Shown piece by piece: positions 1-12,932 of a stretch of DNA of 64,000 nt; the first letter of the stretch is position 1; each line of letters starts with the position of its first letter. The notes under the pieces are model-generated. The model saw only the letters and a list, made by a program, of their open reading frames with translations. It was not told the DNA's origin and did no database searches. Made by a program: the position numbers and the translations under genes. Source of the DNA: Bacillota bacterium (lineage in GTDB: Bacteria > Bacillota > Dethiobacteria > DTU022 > UBA8154); assembly GCA_012837615.1 (NCBI GenBank), contig DUQX01000030.1:6722-70721 (forward strand), given 5' to 3'.

Positions 1-1119
1 CCTCCAGAGAAAGGGCACTTGCCAGCTGTTCCGGATCTTCAAAACGATGAAAAAAAGCATCATATGCCGAAGCTTTTTCTATATAAATATTTTCTCCGGA
101 GAAAAAAAGATAAACACCCGCCGGAGGTGAATGCGTAATAAAGTTAAAAACCTCATCCGGGGTAGACTCGCTCCATTTCAGAAAAGTGCCGTTTTTGTTC
201 AGTAAATAGGTATTATCCCACGGTTCTGACGGTAAAACACCGTGTTCCTTATTGTCAGAATTGTAGAGGAGACATTTTTTCCCGAAGAAGCCCATTTGTG
301 CCAGATCTACGCCCATTTTTTCTGCAAGTTTGAGGCCTTCTCCTTTTTGAGAAGGGCGTAAAACTATAAGGTTTGCAGGAGGCATATAATCATGCCAGCG
401 CTGAAGATCGCCGCTGTATCCTCCATCGGCAAGGATAACAGCCCGAAAATAGATGGGATATGTCTCCTCCGGCGCCTTTTCTACCAACAGGGATTCTATA
501 GCCTCCTCAGGTGAATATAATATTTCTCTTACCTTTTCCTTTTTTACAATGACAGGTGATTTACTTAAATTTAGCAATAATTGCTGTTTGAATAATGAGC
601 CATTTAGCGGATCGCCGCTGAAATGCAGGTAGGGTTTCTGCGCAGGATCGGGAAGACTTTCTAAAGTCAATCCGCAAATTTTCTCAAAGCGATGATAAAA
701 TAACGGGGATGCCTCTTGAAAAGATTCCAATATAGGAGGATTATTTAACCATCCTCCGTTTTCAGCAATTATTTCGCCAAATATTTCGGGTGTCAGCTCT
801 ATTCCTAACTCTTCCTGAGGAGGGGTAAGGGCTGCAGCCAACCCTTCCTGAAACAGAAACGCAGCATCTTCTCCAAGTTCCTGCCCGTTAGGAAACAGAA
901 AAACCTGCGCCCCGTTTTCCGCCGCTTCCAGAGATGCCAGCAGGGCAGCAGTAGTGCCACCTACAACCGCCACATCCGCCCCTTCAGGGAATTCGTAAAC
1001 GGTCGTTCCCTGACGGGGCTTCGGGTTCAGGCTTATCTGTAAGATAAAAAAAAAGATGACGGCCAAAAACAGCAGCAAGGTTACAATAGGAGAGTTTACT
1101 CTTAATTGAGGCTGAGACA
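1..1119 (-). CDS. FAD-dependent oxidoreductase with an N-terminal membrane anchor. Only the N-terminal ~373 aa are in the window; the gene continues beyond position 1.
   Basis: Not in the ORF track because there is no stop inside the window. Reverse-strand ATG at 1117-1119 follows GGAGGAG with an 8-nt spacer. The translation begins MSQPQLRVNSPIVTLLLFLAVIFFFIL (a TM helix). It then runs ...DVAVVGGTTAALLASLEAAENGAQVF, a Rossmann GxGxxA dinucleotide-binding motif, and stays open to the window edge. Confidence 0.5.
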
Positions 1120-1140
1120 TCACGTACTCCTCCAGTCACC

Positions 1141-3609
1141 TTATTCGGTTACCAGCGCTATATTAACAACTTTGTCGCTAGGGGAAAGACGGATCATGGT
1201 AACACCCCCGGCATACCGTCCCTGAACGGGAACTTCCGCTATTTTTGCCCTAATTATCTGCCCCCGGGCTGAGATGGTTATTAATTCCTCTTTTTTTAAC
1301 ACAGGTATAAAGTTTACCAAAGACCCCCAGTGTTTTCCGGATTTGGTCGCTATGACTCCTTTACCACCCCTGTTCTGCGCGCGGAAATTTTTTAGCTTTG
1401 TTCGCTTGGCATATCCCTTTTCGGTAACAAACAGCAAGTCCATTTTTTCCCTGGCTACAATATTCATTCCGACAACCTTATCACCTTCATCCAGGGCAAT
1501 GCCCTTGACTCCCCTGGCGGTACGGCCAAGGGTACGCAACTGCTCTGAAGGAAAGCGAATTAAAAACCCTTTTGAGGTAGCCAGCAAAATATGATAATCG
1601 CCGGCAATGCCGTCATCGCTATCGGCATCACCATTATCTTCGGCATCACAGCACAAGCGTCTCACGGAAATAAGTTCATCACCTTCTACAAGGCCCAGGG
1701 CTATCAAGCCGGAGCGCCTGGCTTCCGCATATTCACTTAAGCGGGATTTTTTAACAATACCTTTCTCTGTAGCCATAACGATATAGTCATTTTCACCATA
1801 TTCCGCAAGTGAGAAAACCGAGGTAATCCGTTCACCGCTCCCCAGAGGCAACAGGTTAACAATAGCGGTTCCCTTGGCCTGGCGGCTGGCTTCCGGTATC
1901 TCATATACTTTGAGGGGATAAACTTTTCCGCTAGTGCTGAAAAAGAGGAGTTTATCCCTGGTGGAAGAAATAAAAACCTGTTCTATGAAGTCATTTTCCC
2001 TGGTGGTATGGCCAATTACACCCTTTCCTCCGCGGCCCTGGCTATGATAGGTATCCAGCGGCAAACGCTTAATATAACCCTGATGGGTAAGCGTAATCAG
2101 CATTTCTTCCTCGGGTATCAGATCTTCCAGATCAATTTCCTCCTCATTTGGTACAATTTTCGTAAGCCTCTCGTCGCCATATTTTTTCTTTATTTCTTGA
2201 AGTTCGACTTTTATTTCCCGTAAAACCAGTTTCTCGTCGGCCAGCAGCGCTTCAAGGTAAGCTATCTCCTCTTGAAGTGAGCGATATTCTTCATCCAGCT
2301 TATGCCTTTCCAGAGCTGTAAGCCTCTGCAAGCGCATCTCCAAAATTGCCTGGGCCTGTTTTTCGCTCAAACCAAACTCGCTCATTAAACCTTCTTTTGC
2401 TGCAGAGGTGTCCGCAGAACCCCTGATCAGGGCAATAACCCGGTCAATATTATCCAGGGCAATACGCAATCCTTCAACTATATGGCTTCTTTCCCGTGCC
2501 CGGCGCAATAAGAATTGGGACCGCCTGGTAACAATTACTTTTTGGTGTTCCAAATAGTTCTGTAGTAGTTCCCGCAGGGTAAGAACTTTTGGCCGCCCGG
2601 CGACCAGCGCCAACATGATAATGCCAAAACTCTGCTGGAGGGGGGTAAACTTAAAGAGCTGATTTAATACTACCCGGGCATTGGTACCCTTTTTAAACTC
2701 GATCACAATACGCACCCCATTGCGATCGGATTCATCCCTGAGTTCAGCAATACCATTAATCTTTTTATCCCTGACCAACTCGGCAATTTTTTCGATCAGC
2801 TTTGCTTTGTTCTGCTGGTAGGGCATTTCGGTGATAAGCAACCTTTCTTTATCACCGCTTATTTTTTCAATGATCGTTTTACCGCGAATCTGTATCTTTC
2901 CCCTGCCGGTCCGGTAAGCCTGCTCAATTCCCTTTTTACCGAGTATAATACCGCCTGTTGGAAAATCGGGCCCCTTAATTGTTTTAAATATTTCTTTATC
3001 CGATACTGCTGGATTATCGATCAGGAGAATAAGGGCATCAATAGCTTCGGAGAGATTGTGCGGGGGAATATTGGTAGCCATTCCCACAGCGATCCCGGAA
3101 GAACCGTTAACCAATAGGTTAGGAAAATGCGCCGGTAGCACCTCGGGTTCTTCAAGGGTTTCATCAAAATTAAGCCTGAAATCCACGGTTTCTTTATCCA
3201 TATCGCGGAGCATTTCCAACGCTAGATGGGATAACCTGGCCTCTGTATAGCGCATAGCCGCGGCGCTATCGCCATCCATAGAACCAAAATTACCCTGACC
3301 GTTCACCAGAGGATAGCGAATGGAAAAATCCTGCGCCAAACGCACCATGGCATCATAAACAGCCTGGTCTCCGTGGGGATGATATTTTCCCAGCACCTCT
3401 CCAACCAGCCTGGCCGATTTTTTATGGGGTTTGTCCGGGCCCATCCCCAGTTCCTGCATTGCAAATAAAATTCTTCTGTGAACCGGCTTAAGGCCGTCTC
3501 TAACGTCCGGTAATGCCCTGCTAACAATTACGCTCATTGCATAATCCAGAAAAGAACTCTTAACCTCTTCATGCAGGGGGACGGTTCTGATTCTTTCATC
3601 CTGTTGCAT
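1141..3609 (-). CDS. gyrA: DNA gyrase subunit A
   Basis: 822 aa. Contains the GyrA N-terminal motifs [14 protein letters not shown] and YHPHGD. C-terminal beta-pinwheel repeats are present. Lies immediately downstream of gyrB. Confidence 0.97.
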   Translation of the reverse strand: MQQDERIRTVPLHEEVKSSFLDYAMSVIVSRALPDVRDGLKPVHRRILFAMQELGMGPDKPHKKSARLVGEVLGKYHPHGDQAVYDAMVRLAQDFSIRYPLVNGQGNFGSMDGDSAAAMRYTEARLSHLALEMLRDMDKETVDFRLNFDETLEEPEVLPAHFPNLLVNGSSGIAVGMATNIPPHNLSEAIDALILLIDNPAVSDKEIFKTIKGPDFPTGGIILGKKGIEQAYRTGRGKIQIRGKTIIEKISGDKERLLITEMPYQQNKAKLIEKIAELVRDKKINGIAELRDESDRNGVRIVIEFKKGTNARVVLNQLFKFTPLQQSFGIIMLALVAGRPKVLTLRELLQNYLEHQKVIVTRRSQFLLRRARERSHIVEGLRIALDNIDRVIALIRGSADTSAAKEGLMSEFGLSEKQAQAILEMRLQRLTALERHKLDEEYRSLQEEIAYLEALLADEKLVLREIKVELQEIKKKYGDERLTKIVPNEEEIDLEDLIPEEEMLITLTHQGYIKRLPLDTYHSQGRGGKGVIGHTTRENDFIEQVFISSTRDKLLFFSTSGKVYPLKVYEIPEASRQAKGTAIVNLLPLGSGERITSVFSLAEYGENDYIVMATEKGIVKKSRLSEYAEARRSGLIALGLVEGDELISVRRLCCDAEDNGDADSDDGIAGDYHILLATSKGFLIRFPSEQLRTLGRTARGVKGIALDEGDKVVGMNIVAREKMDLLFVTEKGYAKRTKLKNFRAQNRGGKGVIATKSGKHWGSLVNFIPVLKKEELITISARGQIIRAKIAEVPVQGRYAGGVTMIRLSPSDKVVNIALVTE

Positions 3610-3755
3610 TTATTATTGTTCTAGCCTCCTCAAAATGGTCTATCCATACCTAATAATTTTATCATATGGTAATCACTTTTAGCATTTTTTATCAATTATC
3701 ACAGTAACATTGTGAAATAATAAAACCCCCGGATGGAGGCAAGCGCTTACTCCGG

Positions 3756-5705
<1,950 letters not shown>

Positions 5706-5708
5706 CTA

Positions 5709-5981
5709 TTATTCCCATATCTTCCCAATTCTTTTTTGTAAAGTCAACGGTGAAATTGGAGAATAATAAATTTTTTTCTCAGTAATTACAAAAGAGTTCG
5801 CCGTTTGCTCCTCTTTTTTACCAATATCATCATCATCGCGCACATTACTCTCCAAAAATTGGGTATTTACCTGGTTATTTTTTATTTCCATATTGAATAT
5901 GCCGATAAGGTCACCTAAAGATACAACGCGTGAATTGCCAATATGTAAAAACAATGCGTTTTCCTCCTTTAAAAAGTTCAT
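5709..5981 (-). CDS. DUF370 protein (B. subtilis YaaB/RemB-like)
   Basis: 90 aa. N-terminus MNFLKEENALFLHIGNSRVVSLGDLIGIF matches the DUF370 pattern. A gene of this family sits between recF and gyrB in Bacillus. Confidence 0.7.
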   Translation of the reverse strand: MNFLKEENALFLHIGNSRVVSLGDLIGIFNMEIKNNQVNTQFLESNVRDDDDIGKKEEQTANSFVITEKKIYYSPISPLTLQKRIGKIWE

Positions 5982-5990
5982 TTATTTTGT

Positions 5991-6305
5991 TCATTTATTA
6001 TTATAGATCTCTCGAGAAATAAAGTCTGCATTGATAAACTTTATTTCTGAAATTATCTCCTCATGGAACTCCTGATTAAAATCTTTTATTATTCTACCCT
6101 TAAGCATTGTTAAATGGTACAGCCAGTTGCTATCATTCACTTCAACTATAAGCTTTTTTTTATTAATGGTAAGAGGTCTTGCATGCCGGGAAATCTTTGG
6201 CCCAACTATTTTATCCCATGCTGAAAGGTATTTTCTCGCTTGCAGTTGTTTTTTAAGCCCGTATTTTTCTAAAAAATTATCAATAGCAGGTCCTATTGTC
6301 TCCAT
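5991..6305 (-). CDS. DUF721 protein (DciA-like zinc-ribbon family commonly linked to recF and gyrB)
   Basis: 104 aa, ...LKKQLQARKYLSAWDKIVGPKISRHARPLTINKKKLIVEV..., which resembles DUF721. Overlaps the recF start by 26 nt. Confidence 0.7.
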   Translation of the reverse strand: METIGPAIDNFLEKYGLKKQLQARKYLSAWDKIVGPKISRHARPLTINKKKLIVEVNDSNWLYHLTMLKGRIIKDFNQEFHEEIISEIKFINADFISREIYNNK

Positions 6306-7437
6306 TTTCTCTTATCTCCGTTATTATACCGTTATTTACATGAAAAAAGGAAGAGCAAGAAAAATTATCAAATATGGGATCGAGATATTTTTCTTTTTTG
6401 GTTATGGATAATAATATTTGCTCAGCATTGCTAAATAGCGCAAAACACTGCTGTCTTCTACTTTCATCAAGCTCCGAGAAAATATCATCGAGAATAAATA
6501 AAGGTTTTTCATTTTTTTGATGGTAATATTGGATTTGCGCCGCTTTCAGGGCAATAATTGCACTTCTTTGTTGGCCATGTGAAGCAAAACGCTTTGCATC
6601 ATATCCATCGATTAAAAAGGAAAGGTCGTCTCTGTGCGGCCCTACCAAAGAGAATCCCCTGCTATACTCCTCATCTTCTTTTGCAGTTATTTCAAATCCG
6701 AAAAGCGATTCAATTTCGCTAAGTTTTTCAGGCAGGGGTTTTTTTCGTAAAAAATTGTTATAACTTATCTCTATTTGATGCTCGTTTTCAAAAAGCAAGC
6801 CAAAATTATGGCTTGCAAACTTATTCCAGATAGAAATAAAATGTGCCCTTGTTTGTAAAATTCGACTTCCAAAGTAAACTATCTGTGCATTCCAGGCCTT
6901 AATTAAGTTTTTCAATGTTTCTTTTGATAAGCGCTTCTGTTTAAGCGCTCGGTTTTTTTGGTAAATCACGCGTTTATAACGGCTTAAATAGTCCCCGTAT
7001 AAAGGGGATATCTGACTAATCTCGCGATCTAGAAATTTCCTTCTTTCTTCCGGTCCTCTCCTGATTAGTTCTAAATCCTCAGGAACAAAAAAAACAATGG
7101 GACACCGTCCCGAAAATGTATTACTCCTATCAATTCTACCGTCTATTTTTATTATTTTTCTTTTTTTCTTTTTTTCATAACCTACTTCGACTTTATAACT
7201 GCGTTGCTGTAAATAAATTGAACCTCGAAGATAATAATAAGGGGCATCGCGGTAAACCAGATCACTTTCTTTGAGGTTTCTGAAAGGCCGGCCAAAACAC
7301 AGATTATAAATAGATTCTAAAAAGTTGCTTTTCCCCTGGCCGTTGGCTCCCTGAAATACACTTATCCCCGGTGACAGCTGCAAATCTAGCTTTTTGTAAT
7401 TGCGGTAATTGTTAAGATAGATATTACTAACATACAC
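6280..7437 (-). CDS. recF: DNA replication and repair protein RecF
   Basis: 385 aa. Walker A GANGQGKSNFLESI in an ABC/SMC-like fold. Lies between dnaN and gyrB. Confidence 0.95.
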   Translation of the reverse strand: MYVSNIYLNNYRNYKKLDLQLSPGISVFQGANGQGKSNFLESIYNLCFGRPFRNLKESDLVYRDAPYYYLRGSIYLQQRSYKVEVGYEKKKKRKIIKIDGRIDRSNTFSGRCPIVFFVPEDLELIRRGPEERRKFLDREISQISPLYGDYLSRYKRVIYQKNRALKQKRLSKETLKNLIKAWNAQIVYFGSRILQTRAHFISIWNKFASHNFGLLFENEHQIEISYNNFLRKKPLPEKLSEIESLFGFEITAKEDEEYSRGFSLVGPHRDDLSFLIDGYDAKRFASHGQQRSAIIALKAAQIQYYHQKNEKPLFILDDIFSELDESRRQQCFALFSNAEQILLSITKKEKYLDPIFDNFSCSSFFHVNNGIITEIRENGDNRTCY

Positions 7438-7462
7438 CCAATAAAAGCCTCCAAACCGGTTT

Positions 7463-8605
7463 TTACATTTCTCTTTTATCTATTTTGATCGGCAAAACTA
7501 AATAGCGATAATCCAATGCACCATTATCCAATGTTTCCTGGCAGTTAAAAATACAGGGGCCATAGGCTCCATTAAATTCAATTTCAATGTATTCTTCATC
7601 TAAAACTTTCAGGGGGTCCAAAAAATAGCGAACGTTTAGTAGTATTTCCTGCAAATCATCTCCCTCTTTATCCTTTATTTCTAATATTTCGTTCATCCTT
7701 CCCACTTCCGAACCGGACTCAATTTTTAGGCTTGTATTATTGATCTGCAGTGAAATCATATGATTGTAACCCCCGGCTAGAAGTGAAGCCCTGGCAATGG
7801 CTTTTTCGAGAAGGCGAGTGTTAAGCTTTATTTTTGAGACGTAATCCGCGGGAAAAATATTTTTCAGGTTAGGAAACTTATCATCCAACAATCTACAATA
7901 TATCATAAACTGTCTGTAATAAAAAATAATATCTTTATCTGAACAGGTGCATTCGATAATTTCATCGCTATCATCTATCATTCTCATAATTTCATTTAAG
8001 GCTTTTCCAGGAATAAGTATGCGAAGAGGTTGTACTTTTTTGATATTCCGGGTTGTTTTTAAATAAGCCAGGCGGTATGTATCCGACGCAATAAAACAAA
8101 TATTATCCTCATCGATTTCTAATAAAACTCCTTTAAATGAAGGTTTACTTTCATCCTGCGATACGGCAAAAGTAATCTTTTTTAATATGTTTTTTAATTC
8201 TCGAGAAGAATAGCTAATCTTATCTCTATCCGGGGTTATTTCATAGTTGTTCAGGGGAAATTCTTCGGGATTCATGCCGTATAGGATAAAAACGGCTTGC
8301 CCACTTTTTACTTCTGCCCGCAGTTCTTCCTGATTAATCTTTATTTCTATACTTTCTTCGGGAGCTTGTTTCAGTATTTCAATAAATTCTACAGGTAAAA
8401 CTATTTCACCTTCATCCTTAATCTGTAAATCATTACAGACTGCCTTTATGCTCATCTCTAGATTATTTCCGACCATAGTTAATTGCCCTGATTTTGCTTC
8501 TAAAAATATACCTTTTATTACTGTCATGGTGGTTTTTAAGGGAATGCTTTTTTGTACAATACTTAAATTTTCTAGAAGGGTATTTTTTTTCGCTAAAATA
8601 TGCAT
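7463..8605 (-). CDS. dnaN: DNA polymerase III beta sliding clamp
   Basis: The track ORF runs to 8701. The start was moved to the internal ATG at 8603-8605 (MHILAKKNTLLENLSIVQ...), which is preceded by GGAGAGATTAAG. The upstream in-frame stretch overlaps the DnaA-box region. Three-domain beta-clamp architecture. Confidence 0.93.
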   Translation of the reverse strand: MHILAKKNTLLENLSIVQKSIPLKTTMTVIKGIFLEAKSGQLTMVGNNLEMSIKAVCNDLQIKDEGEIVLPVEFIEILKQAPEESIEIKINQEELRAEVKSGQAVFILYGMNPEEFPLNNYEITPDRDKISYSSRELKNILKKITFAVSQDESKPSFKGVLLEIDEDNICFIASDTYRLAYLKTTRNIKKVQPLRILIPGKALNEIMRMIDDSDEIIECTCSDKDIIFYYRQFMIYCRLLDDKFPNLKNIFPADYVSKIKLNTRLLEKAIARASLLAGGYNHMISLQINNTSLKIESGSEVGRMNEILEIKDKEGDDLQEILLNVRYFLDPLKVLDEEYIEIEFNGAYGPCIFNCQETLDNGALDYRYLVLPIKIDKREM

Positions 8606-8862
8606 CTTAATCTCTCCGTTTTGCACATGGCTATTATTGTAATTATTATATATAGAAACAAGTCTTAGTAATAGGGGTTGTGGATTTGTGGATAAAATCA
8701 TGTGAACAACGCATGCAAGGGTGTTTTGAAGGTTTTATTTTGTGAATAGATCTTTAAGAAATATTAACAACATCAACAGAATGGGAATATTTCCTTTAAA
8801 AATATTTTTTATCAACAAAAAAAGTGGGTTATCAACATTTGATACCAAGACTTGTCCACAAC
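8606..8862. promoter_or_regulatory. oriC half located between dnaA and dnaN: DnaA-box cluster plus AT-rich stretch
   Basis: Perfect box TGTGGATAA at 8688-8696, next to TTGTGGATTT at 8678-8687. One-mismatch boxes TTATCAACA at 8809-8817 and 8829-8837, and TTGTCCACA at 8852-8860. AT-rich run at 8625-8660. Confidence 0.8.
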
Positions 8863-10248
8863 TTAATAATTAAAAAGCGAAGATTTAATTTCTTTAATAT
8901 GGCGTTGTAAATTTTCGTCTTTTGAAATTGCGGAAGATATTTTTTTATGGGCATGAATTACTGTAGTATGGTCTTTACCCCCAAACTCTTCACCGATCTT
9001 AAGCAGCGAGCAATCTGTAAGTTCGCGGATGAGATACATGGCTATTTGACGGGGTAAAGAGATGTTTTGTGTTCTTTTCTTTGATTTGATATCCTGTAGG
9101 GATATGTTAAAATATGATGCCGTAGTAGAGATAATCTGTTCTATATTGACATTTTTATGTTTCTGGGAGAGGAATTCTTTTAAAGCCTCTTCTGCAAGTT
9201 TTAATGTAATTTGCTTGTCCTCAAGTGAGGCGTAGGCGATGATACGTGTTAGCGCACCCTCTAATTCCCTGATGTTGTTTTCATTTTTTTGGGCAATGAA
9301 CATTAAAACATCATCGGGGATAAATATCCCTTCGAGAAAACTTTTTTTGCGGAGAATGGCGACTCTTGTTTCCAAATCAGGAGGATGGATGTCGGTAATC
9401 AACCCCCATTCAAATCGTGAGCGCAGGCGATCTTCAAGGGTTGGAATTTCTTTTGGTGGGCGATCGCTGGAAATAACTATTTGCTTGTTATTCTCATGAA
9501 GTGCGTTAAATGTATGAAAAAATTCCTCCTGTGTTTGTTCTTTTCCGGCAAGAAATTGTATATCATCAATTAGCAGAATATCTATATTGCGGTATTTGTT
9601 GCGAAATTCTTCGGTTTTATTGTCCCTAATAGCATTAATAAACTGGTTGGTGAATTTTTCGGAAGAAAGATAGTCTACTTTCTCACAGGTGTTATGGAAG
9701 ATGACAAAATGGCCGATAGCATGCATTAGGTGTGTTTTACCAAGGCCGACACCGCCGTATATAAAGAGCGGGTTATATGCTCTGGAAGGTGTTTCAGCCA
9801 CTGCAAGTGATGCTGCATGAGCCAGGCGGTTACTTCCTCCTACGACGAAACTATCGAATGTGTATTTGGGATTCAGCCAGTTACATAATCCCGAATTTTT
9901 TTTTAGAGTGCTGCCTCTATCCTCTGTTTTAATTTTGGGACTGTGATTTGGTTTGTAATTGTGGAAAGGCTGTGGAAAATCTATATTCTGCGGGGTGACA
10001 AATTGTAACTGGTATTTATGGTTTGTATTTTTATACAGGATTTTGGATAAAGTATTGAAATAGTGGTTTTGGAGCCATTCCTTAGTAAAATCATTGGGTA
10101 CCTCTACTATAAAGGTATCGTCCTTTATTGATACCGGTGCAGTTGATTTTAACCAGGTCTCAAAACTGGGTTTGCTTAGGATTTTTTCCATCTCTGAGAG
10201 AACTGAGCGCCAGATATCCGTTAAACGCTCTTTCATAAGCTCTTTCAT
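8863..10248 (-). CDS. dnaA: Chromosomal replication initiator DnaA
   Basis: 461 aa. AAA+ Walker [12 protein letters not shown]-terminal DnaA-box-binding helix-turn-helix ...[13 protein letters not shown] start at the internal MKERLTD... is also possible. Confidence 0.97.
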   Translation of the reverse strand: MKELMKERLTDIWRSVLSEMEKILSKPSFETWLKSTAPVSIKDDTFIVEVPNDFTKEWLQNHYFNTLSKILYKNTNHKYQLQFVTPQNIDFPQPFHNYKPNHSPKIKTEDRGSTLKKNSGLCNWLNPKYTFDSFVVGGSNRLAHAASLAVAETPSRAYNPLFIYGGVGLGKTHLMHAIGHFVIFHNTCEKVDYLSSEKFTNQFINAIRDNKTEEFRNKYRNIDILLIDDIQFLAGKEQTQEEFFHTFNALHENNKQIVISSDRPPKEIPTLEDRLRSRFEWGLITDIHPPDLETRVAILRKKSFLEGIFIPDDVLMFIAQKNENNIRELEGALTRIIAYASLEDKQITLKLAEEALKEFLSQKHKNVNIEQIISTTASYFNISLQDIKSKKRTQNISLPRQIAMYLIRELTDCSLLKIGEEFGGKDHTTVIHAHKKISSAISKDENLQRHIKEIKSSLFNY

Positions 10249-10545
10249 AATTTAAAACCCCCAATAGTTATCCACATATACCGTAAAGTTTTCCACAATT
10301 ACTGTGGAAAACTGTCTTGGAAGATGAATAGATATCATTTTTTATATTACAGCATTATAATATCAGAATAATTTAGGCGCTGCAATGAAAAATATTATGC
10401 TTAAACAGCCTGTCCTTTTAGATATAATGCTCCGGGCTTTTAATAACTCTTTCTTGCTCAAACTTAAAGAATTTCTTAATCTGGTTTAATCGCCCTGTTT
10501 TGAAATGTTGCATGTTATAAAAATATAAGTTATAATGAATTCCAG
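10249..10545. promoter_or_regulatory. oriC half upstream of dnaA: DnaA boxes, an AT-rich region and the rpmH promoter
   Basis: Perfect TTATCCACA at 10268-10276. Inverted box pair TTTTCCACA at 10289-10297 and TGTGGAAAA at 10303-10311, with 9-bp arms and a 5-bp spacer. Very AT-rich from 10330 to 10560. Sigma-A-like promoter TTGCAT at 10508-10513, 17 nt, then TATAAT at 10531-10536 ahead of rpmH. Confidence 0.7.
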
Positions 10546-10589
10546 AGTTTTACTGTATATATTGATATCTATTAAGAGAGGTTATGTTT

Positions 10590-10724
10590 ATGAAGATGAC
10601 ATATCAACCAAAAGTAAGAAAACGCAGTAAAAATCACGGGTTTAGAAAAAGAATGAGGACTTCGGCAGGGCGTAAAATAATTAAAAGAAGGAGAAAAAAA
10701 GAAAGAAATAAATTATCCGCTTGA
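10590..10724 (+). CDS. rpmH: 50S ribosomal protein L34
   Basis: 44 aa, [54 protein letters not shown] sits 8 nt upstream. Too short to appear in the ORF track. Confidence 0.95.
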   Translation: MKMTYQPKVRKRSKNHGFRKRMRTSAGRKIIKRRRKKERNKLSA

Positions 10725-10729
10725 AAAAG

Positions 10730-11101
10730 ATGAACAGCAAAAAGAGTAACGGGGATAAGTCTTTTCGAAAAACAGAAAAGCTAAGAAAGAATTATCAGTT
10801 TCAAAAGGTTTATAAGCAGGGGAAATCTTTAGCTACAAAAAACACAGTTATGTTTATTAGAAAAAATTTTAAAGGCTGTAACAGATTGGGCGTTTCGATC
10901 AGTAAAAAGGTTGGTAAAAGTGTAGTAAGGCATCGTTTGAAAAGGTTATACATTGAGGCCTTCCGGAATTTAAAAGCGAATATAGTTAAAAGTGGATTCG
11001 ATATTGTTATTATAGGGAGAAAAGGTGCTGGCAGCATGACCTATAGCGAAGTATTTTCAGAAATTAAGGGATTGATGTCCTGGGGTAAATTATTGAAATG
11101 A
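10730..11101 (+). CDS. rnpA: RNase P protein component
   Basis: Basic 120-aa protein, ...[22 protein letters not shown]...[13 protein letters not shown]. Sits directly after rpmH. The track begins at TTG 10721; ATG 10730 is used here. Confidence 0.9.
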   Translation: MNSKKSNGDKSFRKTEKLRKNYQFQKVYKQGKSLATKNTVMFIRKNFKGCNRLGVSISKKVGKSVVRHRLKRLYIEAFRNLKANIVKSGFDIVIIGRKGAGSMTYSEVFSEIKGLMSWGKLLK

Positions 11102-11325
11102 TACTAAAGATGATTTTTTTAAAACTAATAGTACTATATAAAAGTTTTATTTCTCCCCTTTTGGTTCCAAGGTGCCGCTTTTATCCATCCTGTTCCCAGT
11201 ATTGTTATGATGCAGTGGAGCAGTACGGATTAATTGAAGGATTATTTTTAGGCTTTAAAAGAATATTACGCTGCCATCCCTTTAATGCGGGAGGATATGA
11301 CCCGGTTCCCCCTCCCAAAGAATAA
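11098..11325 (+). CDS. yidD: Membrane protein insertion efficiency factor YidD
   Basis: 75 aa with [13 protein letters not shown]...[17 protein letters not shown]. The start overlaps the rnpA stop in an ATGA. Confidence 0.85.
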   Translation: MILKMIFLKLIVLYKSFISPLLVPRCRFYPSCSQYCYDAVEQYGLIEGLFLGFKRILRCHPFNAGGYDPVPPPKE

Positions 11326-11371
11326 CCCTATTTTTTTTATTTAGGCGAAGTTATATTAAGGAGGTCCGTGG

Positions 11372-12232
11372 ATGCAGGTATTGGCAGAATATATAAATAT
11401 AGTGCTTACTTTTTTTTATAATTTAACAGGGAATTACGGATTGGCAATAATTTTGCTTACAGCACTAGTAAATATTATAACCTTTCCATTAACCAGAAAA
11501 CAGCTTCAGTCTTCTAAAAAGTTACAGGAAATTCAACCGGAACTGAAGAGGATCCAAGAAAAATATAAGCACGATAAAGAAAAATACAATCAAGCTACGA
11601 TGGAATTTATGAGGGAAAACCAAGTAAATCCTCTCGGCGGTTGTCTTCCTCTTTTAATTCAATTTCCTATAATTATTGCCGTATTTACATTGCTTCGGAG
11701 CCCCGAAATGATAGAAAATAGTATACAATTTTTTAATCCTAATTTTTTAGGGCTTAATTTAATGCTATCTCCCAATGATGTAAAAGAAGTATATGGATTT
11801 TTTAATCCATATTATATTTTGCCAATACTGGCCGCCGCCGGCACTTTTTTCCATCAAAAACTACTCCTAACAGATCCCAAGCAAAAAATGATGCTGTATA
11901 TTTTTCCTATCATGATTTTAGTTATAAGTGTTGGTTTTCCATCCGGACTTGTTTTGTATTGGCTAACAAACTCTTTGTTTTCTATTGGTAATCATTTTAT
12001 TATGACCGGTTTTCAGAAAGATAAGGTTGATAAGAAAGATAAGGATGATAAGAATAAAAGAACTGGGCAAGGTAAAATAAGTAAGGAAGACACCAATATA
12101 AAAAAGAGCACAGGTGTAAGCGATAATAAAGGTGCAAGTGATTTAATTAAAAAGGATTATAATAAGGTGCAAACGGGGAGCCCCAGGACCAAAAAGAAAA
12201 AAGCTAAGAAAAAAAAGAAGGGGGCTAAATAG
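11372..12232 (+). CDS. yidC: Membrane protein insertase YidC/SpoIIIJ
   Basis: 286 aa, multi-pass. YidC/Oxa1 motif PSGLVLYWLTNSLFSIGN and a Lys-rich C-terminal tail. Confidence 0.9.
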   Translation: MQVLAEYINIVLTFFYNLTGNYGLAIILLTALVNIITFPLTRKQLQSSKKLQEIQPELKRIQEKYKHDKEKYNQATMEFMRENQVNPLGGCLPLLIQFPIIIAVFTLLRSPEMIENSIQFFNPNFLGLNLMLSPNDVKEVYGFFNPYYILPILAAAGTFFHQKLLLTDPKQKMMLYIFPIMILVISVGFPSGLVLYWLTNSLFSIGNHFIMTGFQKDKVDKKDKDDKNKRTGQGKISKEDTNIKKSTGVSDNKGASDLIKKDYNKVQTGSPRTKKKKAKKKKKGAK

Positions 12233-12234
12233 CA

Positions 12235-12858
12235 TTGAAAACTATAGAGATAAGTGCCAAAACGGTCGAAGAAGCTTTTGAGGCAGGGATCAAAGAGTTA
12301 GGGGTAAAAAGGGATAATGTAAAATTGGAAATAATCAATGAGCCGTCACAGGGATTATTTAAATTTCTTAGTTCAAAGAATGCTAAAATAAAGTTGACGG
12401 TGCTAAAAGGACCGGAAGATTATATTAAAGATTTTTTAGAAAAGCTCCTGCATATTATTAATATTAAAGGAAATGTTAACTTTAAGCGTGAAAACGGGGG
12501 AATACTGTTTTATAATATTAGCGGAAAGGACTTAGGATTGTTAATCGGTAAGCGTGGAAATACGCTTAACGCGTTGCAGTATCTTATAAATGTGATTTTA
12601 CACAGGCAATTTACCTCTACGGAGGATAGAGTAATTATAGATATTGAAAATTATCGCGAGAAAAGAAGGATCACTCTTGAGCAGCTGGCAAAAAATTTAG
12701 CATTAAAAGCAATGAGAACAAATAAAGAGGTTGTTCTGGAACCGATGACGCCTCAGGAAAGGCGTATTATTCATCTTGCGTTAAAAAATAATAAACATGT
12801 TGTTACCTACAGTTACGGGGATGATCCTCACCGTAAAGTTATTATTTCCCCGCGTTAA
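12235..12858 (+). CDS. jag: Jag/KhpB RNA-binding protein (Jag_N, KH and R3H domains)
   Basis: 207 aa. KH-like GLLIGKRGNTLNALQYLINV and R3H PMTPQERRIIHLAL. Conserved position after yidC. Confidence 0.85.
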   Translation: MKTIEISAKTVEEAFEAGIKELGVKRDNVKLEIINEPSQGLFKFLSSKNAKIKLTVLKGPEDYIKDFLEKLLHIINIKGNVNFKRENGGILFYNISGKDLGLLIGKRGNTLNALQYLINVILHRQFTSTEDRVIIDIENYREKRRITLEQLAKNLALKAMRTNKEVVLEPMTPQERRIIHLALKNNKHVVTYSYGDDPHRKVIISPR

Positions 12859-12932
12859 CTTTCTTTTTGGCTGAGTCGCATTGGTCTATTTTTTTATGGC
12901 AGTGCGACTTTTTTTATAGGAAGGTGGTTTCT

